Part shown: piece by piece, positions 44,583 to 55,132 of the stretch | How the letters are laid out: the number at the start of each line of letters is the position of its first letter | Numbering within the stretch: position 1 is the first letter of the stretch | DNA from: a virus | Reading direction: 5' to 3' (one strand) | Length of the DNA stretch: 64,000 nt | Virus record (IMG/VR): IMGVR_UViG_3300014202_001065 | The notes under the pieces: generated by a model | What the model saw: only the letters and a program-made list of their open reading frames with translations | Told to the model about the DNA's origin: nothing | Database searches by the model: none | Made by a program: the position numbers and the translations under genes

Positions 44583-47500
44583 ATGGCTGCGTCTGCACAA
44601 TCCAGGGTTAAGTTACTCATCGAGATCGCCGAGGTTGGCGCCGAGAAGATCGACGCTATCCGCAAGCAATTCTCGGACTTGAGTGCCGCAGCGGCCACTA
44701 TCAATGGTTCGACTACCGGCATCAAGACTCAGGTTGCCTCCACTGAGCAGTTGGCTAGGGCCCGTGGTTCCGCAGCCAAGGCCACCAAGGATCTGGCCCA
44801 GGCAGAGAAAGGTCGGGACATGAACCGCCAGACTCAGGAGCTGAGCGCCTACTCCCAGATGAGCGCCCAGGATTTACGCATCCAGCAGCAGCGGTTGAAA
44901 CAAGCTCTGCTTTACAAGCGTGAAGCTAAAAACCTGGCAGATCGACTGGCTGCGCAGACGGCCAAGACCCGGGAGCAAGCCCAGGCCTTAAAGGACGCCG
45001 ACAAAGCTCAACGCGACGCCACCAAGGCGGCGGCACAGGCCGCCAAGGATCAAGAGCGCCTGCAAAAGGCCATTGAGATCGCCAACCAGAAAATTCTCCA
45101 GCAGTCGGTCGCCTTCGACCTGCTTAAACAATCATCAGCTGCCAAGCTGGCGGATGCCATTGCCAAGGCCGACGCCACTGCTCAGCGGCAGGCCGAGCAG
45201 GCTACAGCAAAGCGCGTTGTTGTGGAGGAGAAGCTGGCAGCTGCCTTAACCAAGCAGAAGCAGGCCTCTGAAGAGCTGAAGCAGAAAACTCAGCAGGCGG
45301 CCCAAGCAGAGAAAAATCATGCCCGCCAGATGCAGGCCGTTCTTAAAGAGGCCTTGAAGAAAAAAAAGGCACTGGCCCAGCTGGCTGAGGAGATGGAGCG
45401 CCTGCGTAGGAAGATGAAGGAGGCTGAGAAGCAGAACAACACATTCGTGGATGGTCTGGATTCAGCGGCCACCACCGCATCGTTGTTGCAGGGGCCCCTG
45501 GGTGGCGTGGCCAGTAGGATCACAGCACTGACCCAGATCCTTAAAGACACCAACCCTCTTATTGCCGCTACCGTTCTGACTTTTGGTGCGCTGGCCACGG
45601 GCTTCGGGGCATCAATCCTCAAGGCAGGCCAGACAGAGGCACAGCTCTTGAAGCTGAGTGCTATCATCAAGGCCACTGGTGGCGCCGCAGGCTTCACCAC
45701 GGGTCAGGTCAATGACATGGCTAAGGCTCTGGCCTCCTCCAACCTGGGTGATGCGGCAGAGGCCCGTGACGCCATTGCCAAGCTGCTCACCTTCAAAGGC
45801 ATTCAGGACGACAACTTCCAGCGGGCAGTTGTGGTGCTGGGTGATATGGCGGCCGTGTTCGGTTCATTGGATGAGGCCTCGGTGCAGCTGGGTAAAGCCC
45901 TTGAAGATCCGATACAAGGCTTGGGCTCCCTGCGGGAAATCGGTGTGTCTGTCACCGAGGAACAGCAGAACATGATCAAGGAACTGCAGCGCTCCGGTAA
46001 CCTATGGCTGGCCCAAAAGGAGGTTATGGCCATTCTTGAGGGTCAAATCGGGGGAGCCGGTGCGGCAGCAGGGGGAGGGCTCATCGGCGCCATTGAACGA
46101 CTGACCGAGCGTTTCTCTTCACTGATGACCAGGATAGGCGAGGGCCGGCCACTTCAGACTGCCACCTTCTTGTTCAATCAGCTGGCCAATGCCATCCAGA
46201 ACCTGGAGAACATCATCACTGGCTCGAGCATAGATCGGAAGATGATCGATATTGCGGCGCAGGCCGATGTGGTGAGAGGCAAATTGAAGGACGTGGCCAG
46301 CGGTAAACTCGACACGTCTGCTAAGGCTGCCCTTGAGCAGCAGCTGTCTGGTCTCGACAAGCAAGCAGGCTTGCTCAGAGCAAACTCCGCCTTGCTGCAG
46401 CGCCGTCTTGAGATCGAGGAGGAGATCAAGGCCACGGAGAGCCAGATTGCCGCGGCAAGCCGTACCGGTGTAGAAAACCAAAGCCGGATGGTATCCCTGT
46501 TGCGCACGGGTCAGGCCTTCTTGAAGGGTGACAAATTAGGTGTGCTGACAGAAGGGTTTCAGTTTGTTCGGGGTGACGAGCAACAGAAACTCGCAGATCT
46601 AAAGGAGGAGCTTGCCAGCCTGTCCTCTGGGCTCCGGGATTACGATAACACTGTGCAGCAGGTACAAACAGCCGGCGGCGCAGCACAGGCCGCGGTACAG
46701 CGAGCCCAAGGCCTTCAGCAACAAGAAGCCCAGCTGAGGGCGCTTACCACCCTACAAAAGCGCTTCGACCGCGAGTATCTGCAGGTGAGACAGCGCACTC
46801 TCGATGCTGAAACCGATGCAGCGGTGAATGCACTTGAGGAGCAATACCGCCAGAAGAACATCAGCCTTGACGCCTTCCTCACGCAGCGCACTGCTCTGGA
46901 AGAAAAACAGGCGAGCCAACAACGTCAGCTGTTGGCCTCTGAGGTCACAGACCTTGAGAAGAATTACAAGGATCGATTGGACACCATTCGCAAGACCAAT
47001 GAGCAGATCGCCAAGTCCGGGGGTCTACCCATTCAGGTCAACGCAGATGAAGAAGCTGTCCGCACACTCCAGCAACTGCGGGTAGCCAAGGAAGACCTTG
47101 CCCGATTCGAGCTTGATACGGCCGATAAGCTGACCAAGATTGATAAAACTCGGCGTGAGGAGCAGGATAAAATCGCCAAAGAGGCCGAGCAGAATTCCAG
47201 AGCGGCAGCGCAGGATGCTCGCCGTGCTCAACGGGATGCCGAGGCCCTGGCCAAGATACAAGCCGATGCCCAGGAGCTATTGCGCAAAGCCATACTGGAG
47301 CGCCGAGCACTTGAATTAGATGGCGCTGGCGCTATCGAGGCCCGTATGCAATTGGCGGCCGACCAGATCGCCGAATCTTTTTTAGAGGCTCGCCAGAAAA
47401 TAGCAGATGCCTTGGGTGAGGAAGCTGCTCTTGAGGTGGACAACCTGATCGACACCAAAACGGTAACGGCCCAATTCGATGCATTGGAGCAGATTTACCA

Positions 47501-48482
47501 AGAGCGGGTATCGCGCCTTAGCGTTATTGTGACGAATCTCCAGGTGCAGAAGGATCGGGGCAAGATCAACTATCAAGATTTCGTAGCGGGGGCTGCTACC
47601 GCCTATGCCAACGCTGACGCCGAGCTCTTGAAGTTGATAGAGCGCATGCGTCAGCTGGCCGATGCCAGTGGCTCCAGCGAGCTGAGAAGCAAACTGCTGG
47701 AGCTCGAGACCCAATTTGCCACAACCCAGCTTGCGGCTCAGGAGTTCACGGTGGGTTTGGTCGATACCCTGCGCAATGCAAGCGCCGATATTGCCCAGAC
47801 AGGCTTCCAGACCTTCTTCGATTCGCTGTTCAATGACATCACGGATCTACAAGGGGCATTCAGGAGCCTGGCCATTACTATCCTGTCCGAAATGAGCAAG
47901 GTGATCAGTAGCCGCATCGCCGCCGAGTTTGCCAGTATGATTGGCGGCGCCTTCAGCGGGGGCGGTGGCGGAGGTTCCAGCTGGTTTGGTACTGCGGTTT
48001 CAGCGGTAGGGGCAGCCTTTGGGGGCGGTGGCGGCTTTGCAACGGGTGGTTATGTCCGGGGCCCCGGTTCTACCAAGAGCGATTCCATCAGGGCCTGGTT
48101 GTCTGATAAGGAGTTCGTCACCAATGCCGATGCCACCCAGCACTATGGCGTTGATGTGATGCACGCGATCAACAGCAAGGCCATCGACCGCAGCGCTCTC
48201 CGTGCGATAATCGGCGGATCAAGCCGGAAGATAAGCACCAAGGTCCCGCGCTCTCCACGATTCTCAGAGGGCGGCGCAGTCAATGTGGCTTTGCAGGCGC
48301 AAGCCTCCCAAGGTGCTGGGGCCCCGGTTGTTGTGCCGGCTCCTAATGTCTACAACGTGATCGACTCAGTGGAACTGCTGGCCAAGGCTTTGGGGCGCCC
48401 TGAGGGTAGCCGGGCGCTGTTGGCTTACATGCGCCACAACGGGAAGGACATCATGAACGTTCTGCCGAAGAATAAGGGGTGA
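44583..48482 (+). CDS. Tail tape measure protein
   Basis: 1299 aa, Ala/Gln-rich helical; KATGGAAGFT segment; C-terminal FATGGYVRGPG...SDSI. Confidence 0.95.
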   Translation: MAASAQSRVKLLIEIAEVGAEKIDAIRKQFSDLSAAAATINGSTTGIKTQVASTEQLARARGSAAKATKDLAQAEKGRDMNRQTQELSAYSQMSAQDLRIQQQRLKQALLYKREAKNLADRLAAQTAKTREQAQALKDADKAQRDATKAAAQAAKDQERLQKAIEIANQKILQQSVAFDLLKQSSAAKLADAIAKADATAQRQAEQATAKRVVVEEKLAAALTKQKQASEELKQKTQQAAQAEKNHARQMQAVLKEALKKKKALAQLAEEMERLRRKMKEAEKQNNTFVDGLDSAATTASLLQGPLGGVASRITALTQILKDTNPLIAATVLTFGALATGFGASILKAGQTEAQLLKLSAIIKATGGAAGFTTGQVNDMAKALASSNLGDAAEARDAIAKLLTFKGIQDDNFQRAVVVLGDMAAVFGSLDEASVQLGKALEDPIQGLGSLREIGVSVTEEQQNMIKELQRSGNLWLAQKEVMAILEGQIGGAGAAAGGGLIGAIERLTERFSSLMTRIGEGRPLQTATFLFNQLANAIQNLENIITGSSIDRKMIDIAAQADVVRGKLKDVASGKLDTSAKAALEQQLSGLDKQAGLLRANSALLQRRLEIEEEIKATESQIAAASRTGVENQSRMVSLLRTGQAFLKGDKLGVLTEGFQFVRGDEQQKLADLKEELASLSSGLRDYDNTVQQVQTAGGAAQAAVQRAQGLQQQEAQLRALTTLQKRFDREYLQVRQRTLDAETDAAVNALEEQYRQKNISLDAFLTQRTALEEKQASQQRQLLASEVTDLEKNYKDRLDTIRKTNEQIAKSGGLPIQVNADEEAVRTLQQLRVAKEDLARFELDTADKLTKIDKTRREEQDKIAKEAEQNSRAAAQDARRAQRDAEALAKIQADAQELLRKAILERRALELDGAGAIEARMQLAADQIAESFLEARQKIADALGEEAALEVDNLIDTKTVTAQFDALEQIYQERVSRLSVIVTNLQVQKDRGKINYQDFVAGAATAYANADAELLKLIERMRQLADASGSSELRSKLLELETQFATTQLAAQEFTVGLVDTLRNASADIAQTGFQTFFDSLFNDITDLQGAFRSLAITILSEMSKVISSRIAAEFASMIGGAFSGGGGGGSSWFGTAVSAVGAAFGGGGGFATGGYVRGPGSTKSDSIRAWLSDKEFVTNADATQHYGVDVMHAINSKAIDRSALRAIIGGSSRKISTKVPRSPRFSEGGAVNVALQAQASQGAGAPVVVPAPNVYNVIDSVELLAKALGRPEGSRALLAYMRHNGKDIMNVLPKNKG

Positions 48483-48484
48483 CC

Positions 48485-49687
48485 ATGAGCATCATCACGC
48501 TACCTGGGGCGCACGACTGGAGCATAACCTTCGTGGAGGATGCCGAGTATCTCACCAGCATTATCACCAGTATTGGTCAGAGAGAGCAGCGGTCTGGGAA
48601 ACGACGGTACCCCCGCCTTGGTTACACCCTGCAAATGCTGATGACTGGGGACGACCTCTACACGATGAGAGCCTTTTTAGCCACTGACAGGGCCAGGCAG
48701 GCGCTGATCCCCATCTGGTCACAAGGTACCAAGATGGTAAGTCACGAGACCGCTGGGCCTCTGACTACGCTGCTGGTGTCGGATAGGCTTCACTACCGGT
48801 TGCGCATTGGCGATTATGTCATGGCCATTCACCCTGATGGCCGCCGTGCCCAGTTGCAAGTGGCAGCGATCAGCTCCCCATACCACATCCGGTTCACGGC
48901 CAACCCCTCGTTCGGCTACGCGCAGGGCTTGAAGCTGGTGCCGCTTGTGCTCTGCTACCTGGGCCCCATGGTTGAGGCCGTCAACATAACTGCGGGCGTT
49001 TCACGTTTCACCGTGCAGGGCTTGCAGGTCATTAACCCGGTGGCCGAAGACTGGACTACCGCCATTATGCCAGCGGCAGCCATGACCCACACTGACGGAC
49101 TTGAGGTGCTTATCAAGACGCCGCAGTGGGCAGAGGCTATTGCCAGTGGCAATGGCATGGTTGGCGAGCGCTTCGACTATGGGGTTGGTGTCTATGGCGT
49201 AAGAGCCGTTAGCACCACACCTTATGCTCAGGGGACCCTGCCATTTCTGGCCAAAAACAGGGAAGACTTAATTGAGTGGTCGGCTTTCTTTGATCGACGC
49301 CGGGGCCGCCAGAAGCCCTACATCCAGCCGTCGTGGATCCAGAGCTTCGAAATCTTGGACACCCCCCCAGCGGCTGCTTACGATTTTCTCATCAGGGGGG
49401 AGGCTTGGCGCGAACTGATTGACCGCAAGCATACCCCCTACATAGTGGTGCGCCATCTTGACGGCCATATAACAGTGCACACGATCTCCGCTGTCGGCTC
49501 CGATGGCGGGGATAACACGACAATAACTACGGCACCAAACCCTTGGGTAGAATCGTACAGCCCACGGGCCACCTCCATGGTATGCTTCGGCTACCGAGCG
49601 CGTCTGGATGCGGATCTCATGAGTATTCAGCACACCACCGACGGGGTAGCGCCAATAGAAATACCCTTTGTCAGCGTGGAGGTTTGA
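48485..49687 (+). CDS. Distal tail / tail-tip protein
   Basis: Follows the TMP; REQR...YPR and FFDRRRGR patterns. Confidence 0.75.
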   Translation: MSIITLPGAHDWSITFVEDAEYLTSIITSIGQREQRSGKRRYPRLGYTLQMLMTGDDLYTMRAFLATDRARQALIPIWSQGTKMVSHETAGPLTTLLVSDRLHYRLRIGDYVMAIHPDGRRAQLQVAAISSPYHIRFTANPSFGYAQGLKLVPLVLCYLGPMVEAVNITAGVSRFTVQGLQVINPVAEDWTTAIMPAAAMTHTDGLEVLIKTPQWAEAIASGNGMVGERFDYGVGVYGVRAVSTTPYAQGTLPFLAKNREDLIEWSAFFDRRRGRQKPYIQPSWIQSFEILDTPPAAAYDFLIRGEAWRELIDRKHTPYIVVRHLDGHITVHTISAVGSDGGDNTTITTAPNPWVESYSPRATSMVCFGYRARLDADLMSIQHTTDGVAPIEIPFVSVEV

Positions 49688-49688
49688 T

Positions 49689-50561
49689 ATGGCTTTCGAC
49701 ACTTACGAGAAGTCAGACTACGACAGCAATAGAGTGGAGCTCTATGATATTGGTGACGGCACCCCAGACGGCACTGTGCGTCTCACCAACCATGACGAGT
49801 TACTGATCGTACTGATACCGGGCGACCCGGTGGCCCGCACATACTACCCCGTGCCGATAAATAGAAGTGGTTTCGTCATTGACAGCGACGTCTCCACGTC
49901 GACCAGCATTGAGCTGAACATCGGCCTTGGCACTCTCTGGGAGCAGCAGCTTCTAAACCTACCCACTTTCACCAAGGTGATTGTGCGGGCCTTCAATCCG
50001 GATGATCCTGACTTGGCCAGCATCATCGTGTGGAAGGGCGTATTTCGGTCTGTGCAGGCCAGGGAAGCTGAATTGGTCCTCCATGCGGACAAACAGCTTA
50101 AACGGACCGAAGTCAATGGCTGTCACCGGCGTATCAATAGGGGTCGGTGCTCCAACGTGCTCTATGGGGCACTGTGCCGCTTGGATGAGGATAACTTGAA
50201 CTTCAACCTGATCAGCCATGTGGTTGCCCTGCCCAGCTTGAGCCAGGTGGAGGTTTACTCCGTGGCGCCCTTAACGGACACTGCTTTTCTTGGTGGAGTG
50301 TTTCTCTATAATTACGAGGTCTCTGGTATTGTCACTACGGGTTTCAGATCCATAACCTTCCAGGATGGCAACTTGATCACGCTCAACCGACCTGTACCGG
50401 CAAACATGCCGGTGGGTGTTGCAACCACACTGCGCCTGATCATGGGTTGCGATTTGAAGTTCGATACCTGCAGGGATAAATTCAACAACGAAGAAAATTA
50501 CATCGCCTTCGATTACATCCCGACGAAAGCCGGGCCTTTCGAGGGTGGTGGCTTAATGTAA
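49689..50561 (+). CDS. Tail-tip hub protein (DUF2163/BR0599-like)
   Basis: CSNVLYGALC and GCDLKFDTCRDKFNN...FDYIP. Confidence 0.85.
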   Translation: MAFDTYEKSDYDSNRVELYDIGDGTPDGTVRLTNHDELLIVLIPGDPVARTYYPVPINRSGFVIDSDVSTSTSIELNIGLGTLWEQQLLNLPTFTKVIVRAFNPDDPDLASIIVWKGVFRSVQAREAELVLHADKQLKRTEVNGCHRRINRGRCSNVLYGALCRLDEDNLNFNLISHVVALPSLSQVEVYSVAPLTDTAFLGGVFLYNYEVSGIVTTGFRSITFQDGNLITLNRPVPANMPVGVATTLRLIMGCDLKFDTCRDKFNNEENYIAFDYIPTKAGPFEGGGLM

Positions 50562-50576
50562 TATTGGAGGACTACC

Positions 50577-50810
50577 ATGTTTTGGTGGATTGTAGCCCAG
50601 GTCGTTATATCCGTTATTGCCAGCGTGCTGAGTAGCAAGAAGCAATCGTCCAGCCCAGCGGCCGCCAGTAACATTGAAGTTCCTACGGTGCAGGAGGGCA
50701 CCAGCATCCCCATACTCTTTGGCACCAGAGATCTACAGAACATTTCGGTGGTATGCTATGGCAAGATCAGGGCCGAAAGAGTGTACTCTGACGAGGGTGG
50801 CAAGAAATAA
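50577..50810 (+). CDS. Small tail assembly protein
   Basis: PTVQEGTSIPILFGT motif typical of this tail-tip cassette. Confidence 0.75.
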   Translation: MFWWIVAQVVISVIASVLSSKKQSSSPAAASNIEVPTVQEGTSIPILFGTRDLQNISVVCYGKIRAERVYSDEGGKK

Positions 50811-50819
50811 GGTGGTGCA

Positions 50820-51035
50820 GTGATGGAAGACCAATCGGAGCCGGTTGTCACCTTCGACGATATTAGGGGTGCCAGGTACTGCATCCCCAGCGTCAGGGCT
50901 TTTTGTGCTGAGTTCAATATTGACATCAGACGTTTTCGCGAAGGGGTGCCCGTCAGTGTTCTGATCGCCACGGGCCACCACTTTGCGGTCAAACTGGCCA
51001 AAGCTGTGGAGGCTCGCGATGGGTGGCGGCGGTAA
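50820..51035 (+). CDS. Small tail assembly protein
   Basis: YCIPSVRAFC...FREGVP; lies within the tail-tip cassette. Confidence 0.65.
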   Translation: MMEDQSEPVVTFDDIRGARYCIPSVRAFCAEFNIDIRRFREGVPVSVLIATGHHFAVKLAKAVEARDGWRR

Positions 51036-54000
51036 GAAAGGCGGTAAGCAGGTCATCGGCTACAACTATTATGCCGATGTGCACATGGTGCTGACGCACT
51101 CACTGCCCGATGATATGAACAGGATCTACATGGGTGAAAAGCTCGCTTGGCAGGGCTCTATCGTCCGCCCAGGGCCCGATGGTTTTGAGTCATACCGGTA
51201 CCTGAACAACGTCGGTTTTAGTTTCAACGGTACTGGGGGTTTGGGTGATGTGGATGTTGGCACCTCGACCAGTAGTGAAACTATCGCCTACTCAGACAGA
51301 TCTGGTCAGGGTGTAAACACCAGTGTATCGGTTAAAAACGATGGTACCCTCACCCCTAACTGGCAGAATGCCAACAGCGCCACATGCTTGGTATCCTTCG
51401 GACCCTTCGGCCAGTATGCAACAACACCGCAAACTATGGTGCCTGGTAGTTTTTACCGCGGCTCCGTAGCCCTGCGGCCCCAAACCAGGAATTCAGATAA
51501 CGACCTGCTTGAGTTAATAGCCATACCGGGTCTCCGCTATTACTCGCCATTAGATATATTTCTTACCGATTTGGAACGAACAAGCGAAACTGTGCTGCAG
51601 TTCTGGTGCATTGTACCTGGACATTCCCCTAGCCGCATTATGGTGACGGCCACGTTGTCTACCACCATTTGGCACCTGGTTGGCGGCACAGAAGGGGAGC
51701 TCAGCCCTTATGCGGTAGAGCTACCACTAGCCAAAAGCGTGCGCCTGTCGTTCAACGTCTACAACGAATACACCGCGACTACACTGGTTTCAGTTGATGA
51801 GGACCTTGGTCTGGTTGACTACTTCTCATCAGTCACAGCCACCTTTAACGCTGTGAAATCAAATGCTGGGGTATGGACAGTGCAAGTCATCCTAAGCGGA
51901 CAGACTTACAGCTTCACGATGCCATTTGCGGCAGACCTTTACTCCACTAACACTGTAGATAGCCGTTGCTCATTTGCCACCAAAGGTTTCTATGTGGGCG
52001 GGGACCCGGAGGACCTAGGCCGCACTGTGACAAAGACTCTCGACACCTATTTCGCGGCCTACCATACAGCTACTATCGATGTGACCAACGATCGCCCCTA
52101 CGGCGACGGACTTACGATCCCAAGCATCGACGTGAATAAACGGGATCTGTTTGGCGGAAAAAAACGTGAGGGGGGTGTGTGGGGTAAAGTATGGGCGATG
52201 TTTGGCTGGAACGATCAGCCAATCAATTATCACATGTACCCCATAACTACCGTGTCCATACCGGCATACCGTGGTGTGTTCTCATTGTTCTTTCAGGATT
52301 TTTGTTGGGGGATGAGCCACTACCTTAAACCCGTGAAGGTGACAGCTACCCGCATCAAGCGCACGGCGGAAGACATCCCTAACTGGTACCCAGAAAAGGC
52401 CACATGGCCTGAAGGCCACCCCTGTTTTGGTGACATGAACCCGGCCCACATCATATATGAGTGCTTGACCGATCCTGTTTGGGGCGCCAAGGCTGGTGGC
52501 AACGACCTCACTGAGCCAGATGAAGACACCTTTATTGCCGCGGCTGACACCCTTTATAACGAGGGGTTTGGTCTGTCTATTATTTGGCAGCAGGAGTCCT
52601 CCATTGAGGAGTTTATCCAGGAGATTATTCGCCATATTGACGCGGCACTCTACGATGATCCCTTCACCGGAAAAACAAAGCTTAAGCTGATTCGTGGCGG
52701 TTACATTTTGAATGACCTGCCCATTCTGGACCGAAGCAATAGCCGGATTATAAATATAAGCTACGGCAACCCACTTAATTCCATCAATGAGGTTACCGTC
52801 GTCTACAATAAAAGATCGGGTGACCCTCGTGTGACGGACATACCTGATCGTGAAACCTCGGTGTCCGTTCGCGATATATCCGCCATTCGCGATTGCGATA
52901 CGCGCAATAACCAGACGAACGAATACCCCGGCATAACCACGGATGCCAATGCCAACCGCGTAGCCCAGAGGGATTTGGCACAAGTGCTGACGCCGCCGAA
53001 CATGTTCACGGTTGAATTGAACCGGAAGAATTACAACCTGATGCCAGGGGATGTGTTCCGATTGCAGGACCCAGACCGCGGCATTATTGACGTAGTTTGC
53101 CGTGTAGGTCGCCGCACTGATACGGCCTACACCGACGGTAAAATCACCATTGACTGCGTTGAGGATGTGTTCGCCAGACTATACGGTGTCTATGACGCCC
53201 CAGCTGATAGCGGTTGGGTAGACGAAGCCAACGTCCTCAATAACCTGGACCATGCCACGATCATGGAGCTCCCCTACGGCGTGGCTCTGGCCGCGGTAGG
53301 CGGGGCCTATAACCTGAGTTTAATTGATCCCTCAGCTCGTTTCGCCGGCTACTTTGCCGCGGAGCCAGACGAGGGCGTGTATCTGGACTATCGCCTCACC
53401 ACAGCTTTGTTGGTAAACGAGCGTGATCCCGCTGTAAGTGATACAACCGCTCAGTTCACGCTGAGTTACGAGGTATTGGTGGCGCTCGATTTTGATGAAA
53501 CCATATTGGTTTTGGGTAACGGGCCAAAGGGCGATGTAAGCCTGATCGAGGCGGGTGATTTGTTGGTGATCGGGGGTTTCCCAAAAGGGACCCTGGTTGA
53601 TAAAGATCTGGCGCCTGAGATCGTTTCGATAGCCAGCGTGCTCGGGGGAGGCACATTCGAGATACTGCGAGGCTGTTATGACACCATACCGTCGAGTCAT
53701 GTACCCGCAGGTAGTAGGGTTTTTGATATGGCTTTGGCTGGCGTAAGGTCAGATGCCTTTGATGGGGATACCATGAATATGACGGGGCTACCCGCTACGA
53801 TGTCTGGGGTCTACTTCAATGAATTCAACTCAGAATATTATCGGCTGGCTGTGGAAATTGATGACCGGTTGAATAGGCCCTACCCACCTGCCCGGGTCCT
53901 GGCCAATAGCACCTACACCACAACCAAGTACCAAAGCTCTATGGCTGACGTCACCTTTGACTGGCGCCACCGCGACAGGATCACCCAGCAAGATTATGGC

Positions 54001-54360
54001 ATCAGTTACTTTGACAATAGCAACATAGGCCCCGAGGTTGGGGTTACCTACACCCTCGAGTGGAAGGGCGGTCATGAGGCCACCTACCACGTCATCAGTG
54101 GGATAACGGGGAACAGCACGGTGTTCACCACAGCGATTGAACTGACAGGATCAGCTTATTTCACGGACCCTGGCCACGCTTTTTTCACGGCCAGTGACGG
54201 CCGATTTGATGCTCAACCCAGCATTTATCCTGTGGTAGACTTCAGACTGAAATCAGTCCGTGACGGCCTTGATTCGTATAAGTTCTTGAGCTTCAGGATC
54301 CAACGATCAGGTTATGGGTTTAATTACGGCGACTACTATGGCGCACCGCGCCCGAGTTGA
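51019..54360 (+). CDS. Central tail tip / host-specificity protein
   Basis: MGGGGKK...GYNYY, LFGG..REGG, PAYRG, DMNPAHIIYECLTD and EGFGLS. Confidence 0.88.
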   Translation: MGGGGKKGGKQVIGYNYYADVHMVLTHSLPDDMNRIYMGEKLAWQGSIVRPGPDGFESYRYLNNVGFSFNGTGGLGDVDVGTSTSSETIAYSDRSGQGVNTSVSVKNDGTLTPNWQNANSATCLVSFGPFGQYATTPQTMVPGSFYRGSVALRPQTRNSDNDLLELIAIPGLRYYSPLDIFLTDLERTSETVLQFWCIVPGHSPSRIMVTATLSTTIWHLVGGTEGELSPYAVELPLAKSVRLSFNVYNEYTATTLVSVDEDLGLVDYFSSVTATFNAVKSNAGVWTVQVILSGQTYSFTMPFAADLYSTNTVDSRCSFATKGFYVGGDPEDLGRTVTKTLDTYFAAYHTATIDVTNDRPYGDGLTIPSIDVNKRDLFGGKKREGGVWGKVWAMFGWNDQPINYHMYPITTVSIPAYRGVFSLFFQDFCWGMSHYLKPVKVTATRIKRTAEDIPNWYPEKATWPEGHPCFGDMNPAHIIYECLTDPVWGAKAGGNDLTEPDEDTFIAAADTLYNEGFGLSIIWQQESSIEEFIQEIIRHIDAALYDDPFTGKTKLKLIRGGYILNDLPILDRSNSRIINISYGNPLNSINEVTVVYNKRSGDPRVTDIPDRETSVSVRDISAIRDCDTRNNQTNEYPGITTDANANRVAQRDLAQVLTPPNMFTVELNRKNYNLMPGDVFRLQDPDRGIIDVVCRVGRRTDTAYTDGKITIDCVEDVFARLYGVYDAPADSGWVDEANVLNNLDHATIMELPYGVALAAVGGAYNLSLIDPSARFAGYFAAEPDEGVYLDYRLTTALLVNERDPAVSDTTAQFTLSYEVLVALDFDETILVLGNGPKGDVSLIEAGDLLVIGGFPKGTLVDKDLAPEIVSIASVLGGGTFEILRGCYDTIPSSHVPAGSRVFDMALAGVRSDAFDGDTMNMTGLPATMSGVYFNEFNSEYYRLAVEIDDRLNRPYPPARVLANSTYTTTKYQSSMADVTFDWRHRDRITQQDYGISYFDNSNIGPEVGVTYTLEWKGGHEATYHVISGITGNSTVFTTAIELTGSAYFTDPGHAFFTASDGRFDAQPSIYPVVDFRLKSVRDGLDSYKFLSFRIQRSGYGFNYGDYYGAPRPS

Positions 54361-54368
54361 GGTGAATA

Positions 54369-55127
54369 ATGGCTGCATCACAAGAACCGCATCTTAACCT
54401 GTTTTATGGGTGGGCGGTGACCGACAACTACAAAACCCAGATGGATCAGAACTGGCAGATGATCGGGGCCGCAATCCAGCTGGCCGCACTGGACAACACC
54501 CTGACGGCCCCGCCGGGTTCCCCCACGGCAGGTGATCGGTACCTTGTACCGTCCGCCGGAGCCACAGGCGACTGGGCTGGCAAGGAGAACCAGATCGCAT
54601 CGTGGGATGGCGCAGCCTGGTTGTTCCTCGTACCAAGGACTGGTTGGCGCATAGATGTAGCGGGCCCCACGGTACAGTTCCTGCGGTTTACGGGTAGCGC
54701 TTGGGTCAATGTCGGGGGCGAATTGAACACTGCTTCTAACATTGGGTCTGGCGATGGGCTGTTCGAGTCAAAAGTAGGAGAAGACCTTAGATTCAAGACG
54801 CTTACAGAGGGCACAGCAGATATAACCTATGTTGTATCAGCCACAGAAATAGCCCTGCATGTGCGTGGTATAGCGGCAATGTCTGCAGGTGCTGAGCCTG
54901 GGTCTTTTGCTGTACTGGGTGATATTGTCGGAGGCATGCGCATTATAAAGTCTCTGCTGGCTGGGGCAAATGTTACGATCACCCCTGTGGGTGATTCACT
55001 AGAAATTGCGTCTTCTGGCGGTGGCGGCGTTGCTAACATAGGTGAGGTGGTTGATGCTATCCTCACAGACGGTACCAATATACTGCTCGGGGCCGACGGT
55101 TCCGTACTTTATGAGATCACGGAGTAA
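54369..55127 (+). CDS. DUF2793-domain tail fibre-associated protein
   Basis: APPGSPTAGDRYLV...GATGDWAG...IA.W...W.F..P..GW. Confidence 0.8.
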   Translation: MAASQEPHLNLFYGWAVTDNYKTQMDQNWQMIGAAIQLAALDNTLTAPPGSPTAGDRYLVPSAGATGDWAGKENQIASWDGAAWLFLVPRTGWRIDVAGPTVQFLRFTGSAWVNVGGELNTASNIGSGDGLFESKVGEDLRFKTLTEGTADITYVVSATEIALHVRGIAAMSAGAEPGSFAVLGDIVGGMRIIKSLLAGANVTITPVGDSLEIASSGGGGVANIGEVVDAILTDGTNILLGADGSVLYEITE

Positions 55128-55132
55128 TTGAC

